Shown one piece after another: positions 1 through 12,100 of a stretch of DNA of 64,000 nucleotides. The stretch is from Owenia fusiformis (taxonomy: Eukaryota). Below the pieces are notes generated by a model. That model saw nothing but the letters and a program-made list of their open reading frames with translations. It ran no database searches and was not told where the DNA came from. Each line of letters begins with the position of its first letter. The first letter of the stretch is position 1. Made by a program: the position numbers and the translations under genes. Where the stretch lies: assembly GCA_903813345.2 (NCBI GenBank), contig CAIIXF020000001.1, positions 37,448,001 through 37,512,000 on the forward strand, in the 5' to 3' direction.

Positions 1-197
1 TCATCTTGGCCAATATGGGATACTTAGATTCTTTGGAATTTCTTTTGATTTAACTTAAAAGAAACTGTGATTTTGCTGATATTTTGTATGTTTATACTCA
101 ATTTCAATTTTGTTGGATTTGCTTCAAAAAGTTGTATATCATGTGTTTCACGTTATTATTTATTTATTTATTTAACTTTCTACTTATTTTATTACAG

Positions 198-3100
198 TGG
201 ACTTACGATATGGGAAATCAGATAAAATGAATGCATTTGATGTGTCTCAAGGTTACTTAGTATTAGTTAATGCTGAGACCAAGACTGAGGCACCAGCTGG
301 AACAACATTGAAAATACGGATGCAAGCAGGTTAGTTGCCCACAATCATAAAAGTTACTATGTACTGTTTATTTTGCGTCTACATCCAAGCTTAGAGGTTT
401 AACAAGTTAAAGACAAATGCCTTGTTAACCTAAGTACTTACTTCACCAATACTTAAGAATACTTTGCCACTTATTTTAAACCTCCATATTTTGAATAAAG
501 GCAAATGATCATTCTTTGAAAATTACAAAAAGATATCTAAAAATTGCAAAAGTACTTTCCGTTTTTTTTTAATCAATGAATTAAATTGGGCAATCATATC
601 TGGGAGTTACCAACTGTACTTTAGTGCATCCAATGCTGTTGATCTGCATCTTGCAGGGCTTTTGAATAAATCACAAGTATCGTCACAAATCAAGTATTAA
701 TGTACATTACAAAGGAAGATTGTTCATTTTGTACAAAAGTTATGTATTATGACCACATATTCATCTTTGGTATTCTAGGTTCCAATATATTTCTGGTACC
801 AATAAAGTCCCTGAAATCAGGACGGCCACTTAAAACTATGAGTATGTTTGATGAACAGCTGCTCAGGGAGGTTAGATTTGTGAATGGTGCTATACAGAAG
901 GAAGTTGAAGTATGTGAATTAATTTTCTTTCCATAAGATGTGACCTGTTGATTTTATAAAATTCTGTAATTTTATTTCATGAATATTGATGACTTCATGC
1001 ATGAAAAAATTTCTAAATAACTCTTCAAAGGAGTGCAAAGAATATAAATATATATATCTTGAATAATCCTTAAGATTCTTTAAAAAGTCAAATCTTGAAT
1101 AATCCTAAAGATTCTTTAAAAAGTCAAAATAAACGTAGTTATGAGGAATTTTCTGCATTTTTGATATTCTATAGTAAAGTTTAGAGCTTAGAAAGACAGG
1201 GAGTTCAAAATGTAAGTTGAATCAGAGATATATAAAAATATAGTTAGACTGTGTTAAACATAATATCTCACCATACTCTAAGAGCGAGGAGGAAAATTCT
1301 TAATAAATGGAGTATAGTTGGTTTGGCAGTATTTTCAGTTAGGGGGAAGTCTTGGATGAAAATTCTACATAGGTGATAGCTTCACAGAGTGGTACATAAT
1401 TCTTTTTTTTCAGGGGTTAGCCCCCCACCCCCCAAAAACACCCCGCCCCGGTAAAATAATTTTTTCATTCTCAATAACTTTAGATATCTTGATGTTTGTA
1501 AGTTACATACATAGACATTATATATATGAATCATTTGAAAAATAAATAATGCCAATCACTCCTACAGAATTTGAATAATAGTACAAAGTGTGTACCGTAG
1601 GGGGCAAATTCGTGACCCATTTTCTTACTATTTAGAGCCTCACTTTTCATTTAGACACTGGAAGACATTGGAAAAATTCATGTGAAGTGCCCAGTTGCAG
1701 GCCTATGAGCCTTGAAAGGTTCAAAGTAATTGAATCAGTAGGAGCCGAGAAAAAAATTGTTGATTTTTTGAAACTTTTGACATTTTCGAGATGGGTGATT
1801 TTGTGTATGACTATAGCTGACACTTATAGTTTCTAGATCCATCCCTCTTTGATGTTAAATATGGTTTTAAAGTGTAGAACTAAGATGTAAAAAAGAATTA
1901 AAATGGGTTTTAAGGAAGCTTAAAGTTTTAAATAAGTCCAAAATTTGAAGAATTGTACAATATCAGGTCTGAATTTACGAATTTCAGGTATGACCTTGGA
2001 TGACCCTTATGTTTTTTATATCTGTCCCTCTTTGATGATATTTATGGTTTTTTAGTAACAAACTAAGCTGTAAAATATAATTTAGATGGATTTTAAGAAG
2101 GTTTAAGGATTTTAACAAGTCAAAATTTGAAGAATTGTACTATATCAGGTCTGAATTTATGAATTTCAGGTAAGACCTTGGGTAAGCCTTATATTTTTTA
2201 CATCAGTCCCTCTTTTAAGAAGGTTTTAGGATTTTCACAAGTTCAAAATTTGAAAAATTGTGCAATATTAGGTCTGCAATTAACACATTTCAAGTGTAAC
2301 CTTGGTTAGTTCTCATGTTTTTTACACCTATCCCTTTTTCATGATATATTTGGTTTAGTAGTGTAGAAATAATATGTATAACATAATTTGGATGGGTTTT
2401 AAAAAAACTAAATGTTTTAAACAAGTTCAAAATCCTGGCGAATTGTACAATATCAGATCTGAAATTAACAGATTTCAAGTATAACCTTTGTTGGGCCTTA
2501 TGTTTTTAACATCCCTTTTTGATGATATATATGGTTTAGCAGTGTGGAACTAAAAGGTAAAACATAATTAAAATGGGTTTTAAGGAGGTTTAAGGTTTTA
2601 AACAAGTTCAAAACTTGACAAATTGTACAATATCAGACCTGAAATAAACGAATTTTAGGTATAGGTTTAGATGAGCCTTATTGTTTTTTACATATATCTC
2701 TCTATGATAACATATATGGTTTTGTAATATGGAACTAAAGTGTAAATCATAATTTAGATGGGTTTTAAGGAAGTTTTAGGTTCTAAAGAGGTTCAAAACT
2801 TGACAAATTGTACAATATCGGGTTTGAATTATGTTATAAATTAACAAATTTCAGGTATAGATTTGAATGATCCTCATGCTCTTTACATTCTAAACCTCTT
2901 TGATGATTTTCATGGTTCTATAGTGTGGGACTAAAATGTAAAACATAATTTAGGAATTTTGGGTTTTAAGGAAGTTTAACCCTAATGTCTGCGGGGGATG
3001 GAGGGGGGGGGGGTCAAATTGACCTACCCCTCTGTTTTTTAAATGGTACTTTTTGCAAGTTTTTCTTGTGCCATCATTATTATTTTTAGCTTGAGCCACA

Positions 3101-6100
3101 CACAAATGACACATTTTGGTGTAAAGATCAAGTTGATTGGGGGTAGAGGTGCAAAGTTATGATATTCCGAAGTTGATCCAAATAAAAATGAAATTTATGA
3201 AATATCGATGGTTACCCTGTTTTTAATACTATAAAAAATGCAAAATGTTGATAATTTCTAGATAATCATTTAGCAATAAGTAATAAATATAAACCTCCTT
3301 AAAACCCCAAATTCCTAAATTTTGTTTTACATTTTAGTTCCACACTACAAAACCATGTAAATCATCAAAGAGGTTAAGAATTTCAGACCTAATATTGTCC
3401 AATTTGTTTTGTTTTGAAAGAGAGAATCAGATCCAGCAAACAGCCAAACAAAATATTGTTTAAATTTTTGAATATTTCTGGCTTATGTCATTCCTTTTCA
3501 TGTCTATTTGCTAAAAATCCCCAAAGTGCACACTTTAGTGTAGGAAAACTAAAGATTTATACAATAATGTATTATTTTGGGAGTATTTAAACACTTTTCC
3601 CCCATTTTTGCACTTTGAATCCATTATAACTTCATCAGTTTTTAACACATCATGAATCTTTTTAAAGATATTGTATTTTAGATTATAAGGAATAGATTGG
3701 TAGGTGAATTGTACATGTTGCTTGTAATTTTATCACCCCTATAGATCTGATTCTGCCTTTTAACTTCCTTAAAACCGATCGATCTAAATTATGTTTTACA
3801 TCTTAGTTCCATACTACTAAACCATATATCATCATAGAGAGATATATACCTGAAATTCGTTAATGTCAGATATGATATTGTACAATTTGTCAAGTTTTGA
3901 ACAGCTTTAAAACCTTAAACCTTCTCAAAACCCATCTAAATTATGTTTTACCTCTTAGTTCCACACTGCTTTATATTACCAACCATATGTTATATAATCA
4001 TTGAGAGATAGATGTAAAAAACGAATAAGGGCCATCCACAGTTTACACAGTTTACAATTCTTCATATTTTAACTTGTTTAAAACCTGTCTAACTTATGTT
4101 TAATATCTTAGTTCAACACTACTAAACCATATATGTCATCAAAAAGAGATAGGTGTAAAAAACATGAGGCTCATCCAAGGTAATACCAAAAATTCATTTA
4201 TATCAGCTCTGATATTGTACAATTCGTAAAAATTTGAACTTGTTGAAATCCTTAAACTTCTTTAAAACCCATCTTAATTATGTTTTACATATTAGCTCCA
4301 CACTACTAAACAATATATACATATATCATCAAAAAGGGATAGATGTTAAAAATATAAGGGCCAAGCAAGATTATACTTTAAATTCGTTAATTTCTGATAT
4401 TGTACAATACGCCAAGATTTTGAACTTGTTTAAAACGTTAAGCTTCTTTAAAACCTATCTAAATTATGTTTTACATATTTCCACACTACTAAACCAAATA
4501 TATCATGAAAAGGGGATAGGGGATAGGACATATGGGCCAACCAAGGTTATACTTGAAATTTGTTAATTGCAGACTTGATATTATACAATTCTTCAAATTG
4601 TTTAAATCCTTAAACCTTCTTAAAATGCATTTTACATCATAGTTCCACACTACAAAACCATACATATCATCAAAGAGGGACAGATGTAGAAAATATAAGG
4701 CTCATCCAAGGTCTTACCTAAAATTTGCAAATTCAGACCTGATATTGTACAATTCTTCAAAACTTGTTCGAATCCTAAAACCCTCTCAAAATTCATCTAA
4801 ATTATATTTTACATCTTAGTTCCATACCATAAAACCAGGAATATCATCAAAGGGGGATATAGATGTAAAATATAGATGTAAAAAACAAAAGGGTCGTCCA
4901 CGGTCATACGTGAAATTCAAAAATACAGATCTGATATTATACAATTCTTCTTTTGGACTCATTAAAATCCTTAAACACTCTTCAAAACCATCTTAATCAT
5001 TTTTGCATCTTAGATCCTCACTACAAAACAATACATATCATCAAAGAGTGACAGATGTAAAAATATAAGGCCCATCCAAGGTCACCTGAAATTCGTAAAT
5101 TCAGACCTGATATTGTACAATTCTTCAAATTTTGAACTCATTAAGATCCTTAAACCTTCTTAAAATTCATCTACATTATATTTTACATCTTAGTTCCACA
5201 CTATAAAACCATGAATATCATCAAAGAGGGAAGGATGTAAAAAACGTAAGGCTCGTCCAAGGTCATACCGGAAATTCATGAATTCAGACCTGATATTGTA
5301 CAATTCTTCAAATTTTGGACTCATTTAAAATCCTTAAACCTTCAAATCCATCTAAATTATTTTTACTCATTAGTTTCACACTACAAAACTATACATATCA
5401 TCAAAGAGGGACAGATGTATAAAATATAAGGCTCATCCAAGGTCTTACCTGAAATTCATAAATTCAGACCTTATATTGTACAATTCTTCAAATTTTGGAT
5501 TTGTTAAAATCCTTAAACCATCTTAAAAACCATCTAAATTATTTTGTACATCTTAGTTCCATACTACAAAACCATAAATATCATCAAAAGGGGACAGATG
5601 TAAAAAATCTAAGGCACATCCAAGGTCTTACCTAAAATTCGTAAATTCAGACCTGATATTGTACAATTCTTTGAATTTTGAACTTGTTTAAAACTTTTAA
5701 CTTCCTTAAAACCCATTTAAATTATTTTTTACATCTTAGTTCCATACTTCAAAACCATATTTATTATCAAAGAGGGATAGATCTAGAAACCATAGGCCTC
5801 AGCTATAGTCATACACAAAATCACGCCTCTCAAAAATGTCAAATTTTTCAAAAAATCAACAATTTTTTTCTCGGCTCATACTAATTCAATTAATTCGAAC
5901 CTTTCAGGGCTTATAGGTCTGCTACTGGGCACTTCAGGTGAATTTTTCCAATGTCTTGCAGTGTCTTATTGAAAAGTAAGGCTCTAAATAGTAAGAAAAT
6001 GGGTCACAAATTTGCCCCCTGGGGTACACACTTTGTACTATTATTCAAATTCTGTAGGAGTGATTAGCATTATTTATTTTTCAAATGATTCATATATATA

Positions 6101-9100
6101 ATGTCTATGTATGTAACTTACAAACATCAAGATATCTAAAGTTATTGAGAATGAAAACATTATTTTACCGGGGTGGGGTTATTTTGGGGGGTGGGGGGCT
6201 AACCCCTGAAAAAAAAGAATTATGTACCACTCTGTGAAGCTATCACCTAGGTAGAATTTTCATCCAAGACTTCCCCCAAACTGAAAATGCTGCAAAACCA
6301 ACTATACTCCATTTATTAAGAATTTTCCTCCTCGCTCTTAGAGTACCACACAATTTCCCATTTAATTTTCAGAAAAATGACCACATTGTTGCTGATAACT
6401 TGAACAAGGAGGAGTATGAGGAGGCAGGTCAGCTGATTGAGTGTGGCTGTTGCTATGGAGAGGTACCATTTGACACTATGGTCCAGTGTTACGATGGGCA
6501 CCTTTTCTGTGAGGAGTGCCTCAGGAGATATGCTCAAGAAGCTGTGTTTGGTCAAGGCCAGGTATTACAAAATGTCCCTCTTCGTGTTCTGTTTGCATGT
6601 GGAAGTAGAACATTGAGATTATATATTAAACAGACTTCGTATTTTACGTATTTCGTATTTTACTGCTTACAATGAACCTTTCTTTGTATTTTAATGGATT
6701 CATTATTATTATCCTTCATTGTAACATGTACACATATTGTTTCAGTCCAAGTTGACATGTATGTCTGATGGTTGTGATATGACATTTCCAATGGCCCAGC
6801 TCAAAAAAACTCTACCTGATAAAACCCTTGCCAAATATGAGGAAAGATGTCAAGAGGAAGCCATTAATCTTGCAGATATGGAAAACCTAGTAAGGTATGT
6901 AGGGTGCAAACAAAATACACATCTCAAACTAGGTTGCATTATCTCTTAATTGTTGTTATATTGGATGACCCAAAAGAAGAGTTAATATATGTTTACACAA
7001 AATGTGTCCATCTTGTCCACATTCCAATGACATCATAAAAATACATCTTCAAAGTAGTAGGAGAACCATCTCTCATTTGATTTTGTAAAAGACACTTGAA
7101 AAATAAATTATGCAAAAACTATGTTTGACTGTTTTGATCCATCGTATTTTGTTCAAATCTTCGTCTGAAAATGAAACTTGCAACTGGTATAACCCAAAAT
7201 TTGCACTTGCGCAAAATTCGTATTTCATTTACTCTTTCATGCTTAAAAAGAAGCTTTTGACCAAAATTAATTTACATTAAAAAATGGAAGCTTGATAAAA
7301 TGTGAATATATCTTTGAACTACTTTGGCTTGCCTTATTGATCAAACCATTAATTTTTCATGTTCCTTTTGAAATGTTTCTATTTATGAATAATTCAGCAT
7401 GTCCACATGTTGTAGGTGTCCTGCTCCTGAATGTGATTTTGCTGCACTTATGGATGAAGGTGACAAAGTATTCAAATGTCAGAATTCCAGCTGTATGAAG
7501 GTAAACCACTTTAAAATGGCCAACACTCTTGCTTATGAAAAAAAATTTAATTCAAATACCATTTTTTGAAAAGTATTGTAATAGAAATCGAACTGTGGGG
7601 TATTGTTTTGAAAGAGTGTCCTTGAAATAACAATACAATTAATTTTGTGTTTAAAAATCAGAATGCCTTGTTTTTTATAAAATCATATTTTCTTTAATTT
7701 AAGAGCTGTAAAATACATTAGAATGTCTTGCACATTTAATTTAAGATATAAAAAGTTTGAGTTAATTTTGATGTTTTTTATTTATGTAGTAACACCCAAA
7801 TATATTCAATATAACAATATGTCTCAATTGTGTTGCAGGAGTGTTGCCGCTACTGTAAGACTGACTGGAAAGAGCATTTTGGAATTCCTTGCAATGAAAT
7901 AGAGAAAACAGATGAAACCAAGATTAGGTTAAAGTTGTAAGTACTTAATATTTTCAAGTATCCACTAGACATATATTTCTGTAGATTTTCTAAAGATGGT
8001 CACACCTCGAGTTATTTAATGGACTTATTAAATCTGACGTACATTGTACTTACCATGCTGACCAATGTACCTTGGGTGCATTTTCCATTGTGCAGTCAGA
8101 TTTCTTCTTCCATACTTTTATCATATACTCTTTGGAAGTAAGATTTGTGATTTGTTGTAGTGAGGAGCAGATGACAGCTGCTAAAGTTAGATCATGCCAC
8201 AAGTGTAAAACGGGTATAACAAAGTCTGATGGGTGTAACAAGATGACATGCAGATGTGGTGCTAAGATGTGTTATATATGCAGGGCTCCTAATGTAAGTC
8301 TTCCTTCGTTGACAACTAGCATATCTTGCCAAAGTATGAGATTGACTTCCAAGCATTAAGTAATAAGTAATGGGACAATATAACACTCATTCCAGTTATA
8401 GTTCTATTTAGTGGATGGTTGATAAAATATGTGTTATAACCATGGGATACCAATATTATTGTTAACATATAATTGAATGCTGCTGTATTTCCAGATTGAT
8501 TATAATCATTTCTGCCGACACATGAGGGAGCCTGGCAAGAAATGTGCTCAGTGTACCGCATGCTCTTTGTGGACAAATCCAGAAGTAAATACTCAATTAT
8601 TTAACATTTTTGCAGAAATGTCTGTTTTTATGTCACCACCAAAAGTGGTGACATATTGTTATGGTCTCCGTTTTATGTCACCACCAAAAGTGGTGACATA
8701 TTGTTATGGTCTCCGTTTTTTTGCGACGGCGTCCGGCGGTTGGTGGTTGGAGGTTGGCGTCCGGCGTCTGTAACAATTTCTTACAACTTCCTATAACTTA
8801 ACAAATACTGTTTAGACTGACTTCAATTTTTTTCTAAATCATCTACATGTTCTCAGAAGTTCAAATCTGACTTTAGATTTGACATTTGACCTTCAATGAC
8901 CTTCTCAAGGTCAAAAAGGTCTTTTTTCAACTTGCTTCACATTGACTAAATTTTTTTTCAAAATCATCTACATGTTCTCAGAAATTCAAATCTGACTTAA
9001 GATTTGACATTTGACCTTCAAATCTGACTTTAGATTTGACATTTGACCTTCAATGACCTTCTCAAGGTCAAAAAAGGTCAAAAAGGTCTGTTTTCAACTT

Positions 9101-12100
9101 GCTTCAAATTGACTAAATTTTTTTTTCAAAATCATCTAAGTGTTCTCAGAAATTCAAATCTGAGTTAAGATTTGACTTAAGATTTGACATCTGACCTTCA
9201 ATGACCTTCTCAAGGTCAAAAAAGGTCAAAAATGTCTGTTTTCAACTTGCTTCAAATTGACTAAATTTTTTTTTCAAAATCATCTACGTGTTCTCAGAAA
9301 TTCAAATCTGACTTAAGATTTGACATTTGACCTTCAATGACCTTCTCAAGGTCAAAAAAGGTCAAAAAGGTCTGTTTTCAACTTGCTTCAAATTGACTAA
9401 AAAAAAATTTCAAAATCATCTACATGTTCTCAGAAATTCAAATCTGACTTTAGATTTGACATTTGACCTTCAATGACCTTCTCAAAGTCAAAAAAGGTCA
9501 AAAAGGTCTTTTTTCAACTTGCTTCAAATTGACTAAATTTTTTTTTTTCAAAATCATCTACATGTTCTCAGAAATTCAAATCTGACTTTAGATTTGACAT
9601 TTGACCTTCAATGACCTTCTCAAGGTCAAAAAAGGTCAAAAAGGTCTGTTTTCAACTTGCTTCAAATTGACTAAAAAAAATTTTCAAAATCATCTATGTG
9701 TTCTCAGAAATTCAAATCTGACTTTAGATTTGACTTAAGATTTGACATTTGACCTTCAATGACCTTCTCAAAGTCAAAAAAGGTCAAAAAGGTCTTTTTT
9801 CAACTTGCTTCAAATTGACTAAATTTTTTTTTCAAAATCATCTACATGTTCTCAGAAATTCAAATCTGACTTTAGATTTGACATTTGACCTTCAATGACC
9901 TTCTCAATGTCAAAAAAGGTCAAAAAGGTATTTTTTCATCTTGCTTCAAATTGACTAAATTTTTTTTCAAAATCATCTACATGTTCTCAGAAATTCAATA
10001 ATGTCTTTAGATTTGACATTTGACCTTCAATGACCTTGTCAAGGTCAAAAAAGGTCAAAAAGGTCTTTTTTCAACTTGCTTCAAATTGACTAATTTTTTT
10101 TTTCAAAATCATCTACATGTTCTCAGAAATTCAAATCTGACTTTAGATTTGACATTTGACCTTCAATGACCTTCTCAATGTCAAAAAAGGTCAAAAAGGT
10201 ATTTTTTCATCTTGCTTCAAATTGACTAAATTTTTTTTCAAAATCATCTACATGTTCTCAGAAATTCAAATATGACTTTAGATTTGACATTTGACCTTCA
10301 ATGACCTTGTCAAGGTCAAAAAAGGTCAAAAAGGTCTTTTTTCAACTTGCTTCAAATTGACTAATTTTTTTTTTCAAAATCATCTACATGTTCTCAGAAA
10401 TTCAAATCTGACTTTAGATTTGACATTTGACCTTTAATGACCTTCTCAAGGTCAAAAAAGGTCAAAAAGGTCTGTTTTCAACTTGCTTCAAATTGACCAA
10501 ATTTTTTTTTCAAAATCATCTTCATCTTTTCAGAAGTTCAAAGGACGATTCTCGGTTTGGAGAACAGTCTCCTGGGCTAATAATTTTTTTCATGAAAAAT
10601 ATAGAAATATTACCCAAATTAAACTATGAATATTCAAAAGAGGACATTTAAATCTACAAGATGTAAAGATAACAAATTGGTCTGAAGCAGGGATAATGCT
10701 CAAATAGACCGATTCAATATAAATACAAGTCTCGATTCGGGGAAAGAAGTCCATCAGTGTACTGAGCTAATATTTTTTTGCGAAAAATCAAGAAATATTA
10801 CCCAAATTAAATTATGACTATTCAAAAGAAGACATTCAAATCTTTATTATGTAAAAAAATCAAATTTGTCCGAAGCAGGGATAATGCTCATTCAGATTGA
10901 TGAACTTCGTTCTCCAAACCGAGAATCGTCCTTTGACTTTACAAGTTCTCAGAAATTCAAATCTGACTTAAGTTTGAACTCATAATATTGTGAGCAACTA
11001 GGTGGTGACATTTTGTCATGTTAATGCCTTGTTTGACATTGGTGTTTGTGTCAATTGTAACATGAAATTATTTTCATTTTCTTTAATAAATTTTGAACTT
11101 AAGGAAATGTGTAGCATGATGTCATGTCACAAAAAGTTTATTATTAATTCTGAATGAACTTAACAAATTAATTTTGAATTTGTCAATACAAATCAAACAG
11201 TAATCCCTGCCTCATCTAGGATTAATCATGATTAACATGTATGGTGCTGACTGTAGTTATATTATTAATAAGTTTATTGGTCTCTTTAACATGTAATGTA
11301 CATCGAGATAAGTCCAATAAAGCAAATAACAAATAAAACATTCATGTACATGCATGGCAAAACAATTCTTACAATCTAATTTTAACAATCACTAAGTACT
11401 TTACTAAACAGCATAAAATGATTTCACATCAGTTTTGTTTAACAACTCTTTGGTAATATTGTGAACTCTTGTAAAATAATCACCAATTATTTCATTAATT
11501 GCATCATCGTGCGCTAACAGGGAGTATAAAAATAGACTACTTGTATTAAAATGAGAAAAACTATTGTTTATACTTTTTATTTTACTGAGATATTGAGATC
11601 GAGCTAGTTTTAGTTCTGATTGAGAACAACAAAAAAGAACGTGTTCTTCATCACCTATTGTATTTTTTGAATTACAAAAGAAACAAAATCGTTTCGATTT
11701 TTCTACTTTGAAGTATCGACCTCTTTCAATTGGGAAGTTATGCATCGATAACCGTACCTTAGAAATAGATTGTCTATAGGTGGAGTTCTGTAAATTAAGA
11801 TAACTTTCTCTTTTATATGCATGTTTTACTAGTTTATAGCTTCTGAATTTACCTGGAGCATCATTTGGTCTATTGATGTCTTGCATAAACGCGCTTTTGT
11901 ATTCTTTTTCTAAATTTGTCATTGTAGATTTAATTAAATTATCAATTTTGACTTGATCACATGTATCGAATTTTTGTATATCAATATTTTTATTGGATAT
12001 CGACAAAATCCGAGTGATAAATGAAAAGAAGCTCCAATGCCCTGCTTCATGTGAGTCTTCCTCATGTTTACTAAAAAATAAATGAATATGAATCAGTTGG

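Larger units (their letters stand above)
1274..6345. mobile_element. ~5.1-kb non-autonomous foldback DNA element in an RNF216 intron (possibly Academ-like)
   Basis: TACTCTAAGAGCGAGGAGGAAAATTCTTAATAAATGG at 1274 is the reverse complement of the sequence ending at 6345. About 550 bp of near-identical unique TIR is followed by inverted arrays of a ~180-bp unit (~6 left, ~11 right). CCA flanks both ends (1271-1273, 6346-6348); a TA TSD with CTC...GAG ends is an alternative reading. Confidence 0.9.
8626..11033 (+). mobile_element. Non-autonomous Helentron-type element (HINE/DINE-1/pearl-like) carrying a ~136-bp tandem array
   Basis: Order: TT + ATGTCACCACC subTIR with adjacent inverted partner GGTGACAT, a GGCG/GTTG microsatellite-like tract, ~12 core repeats, then the 3' subTIR GGTGGTGACAT and terminal TTTGTCATGTTAATGCCTTGTT. 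The same ends recur at 13952-14541. Confidence 0.8.

Noticed and set aside
2290..5884. ORFs 2290-2478, 4234-4566 and 5678-5884 with mutually similar peptides
   Set aside because: They are translations of the ~180-bp tandem unit of the foldback, not genes.
8585..8773. Repeated peptide [15 protein letters not shown] in ORF 8477-8773
   Set aside because: Read-through past the donor at 8585 into the duplicated 45-bp 5' end of the HINE.
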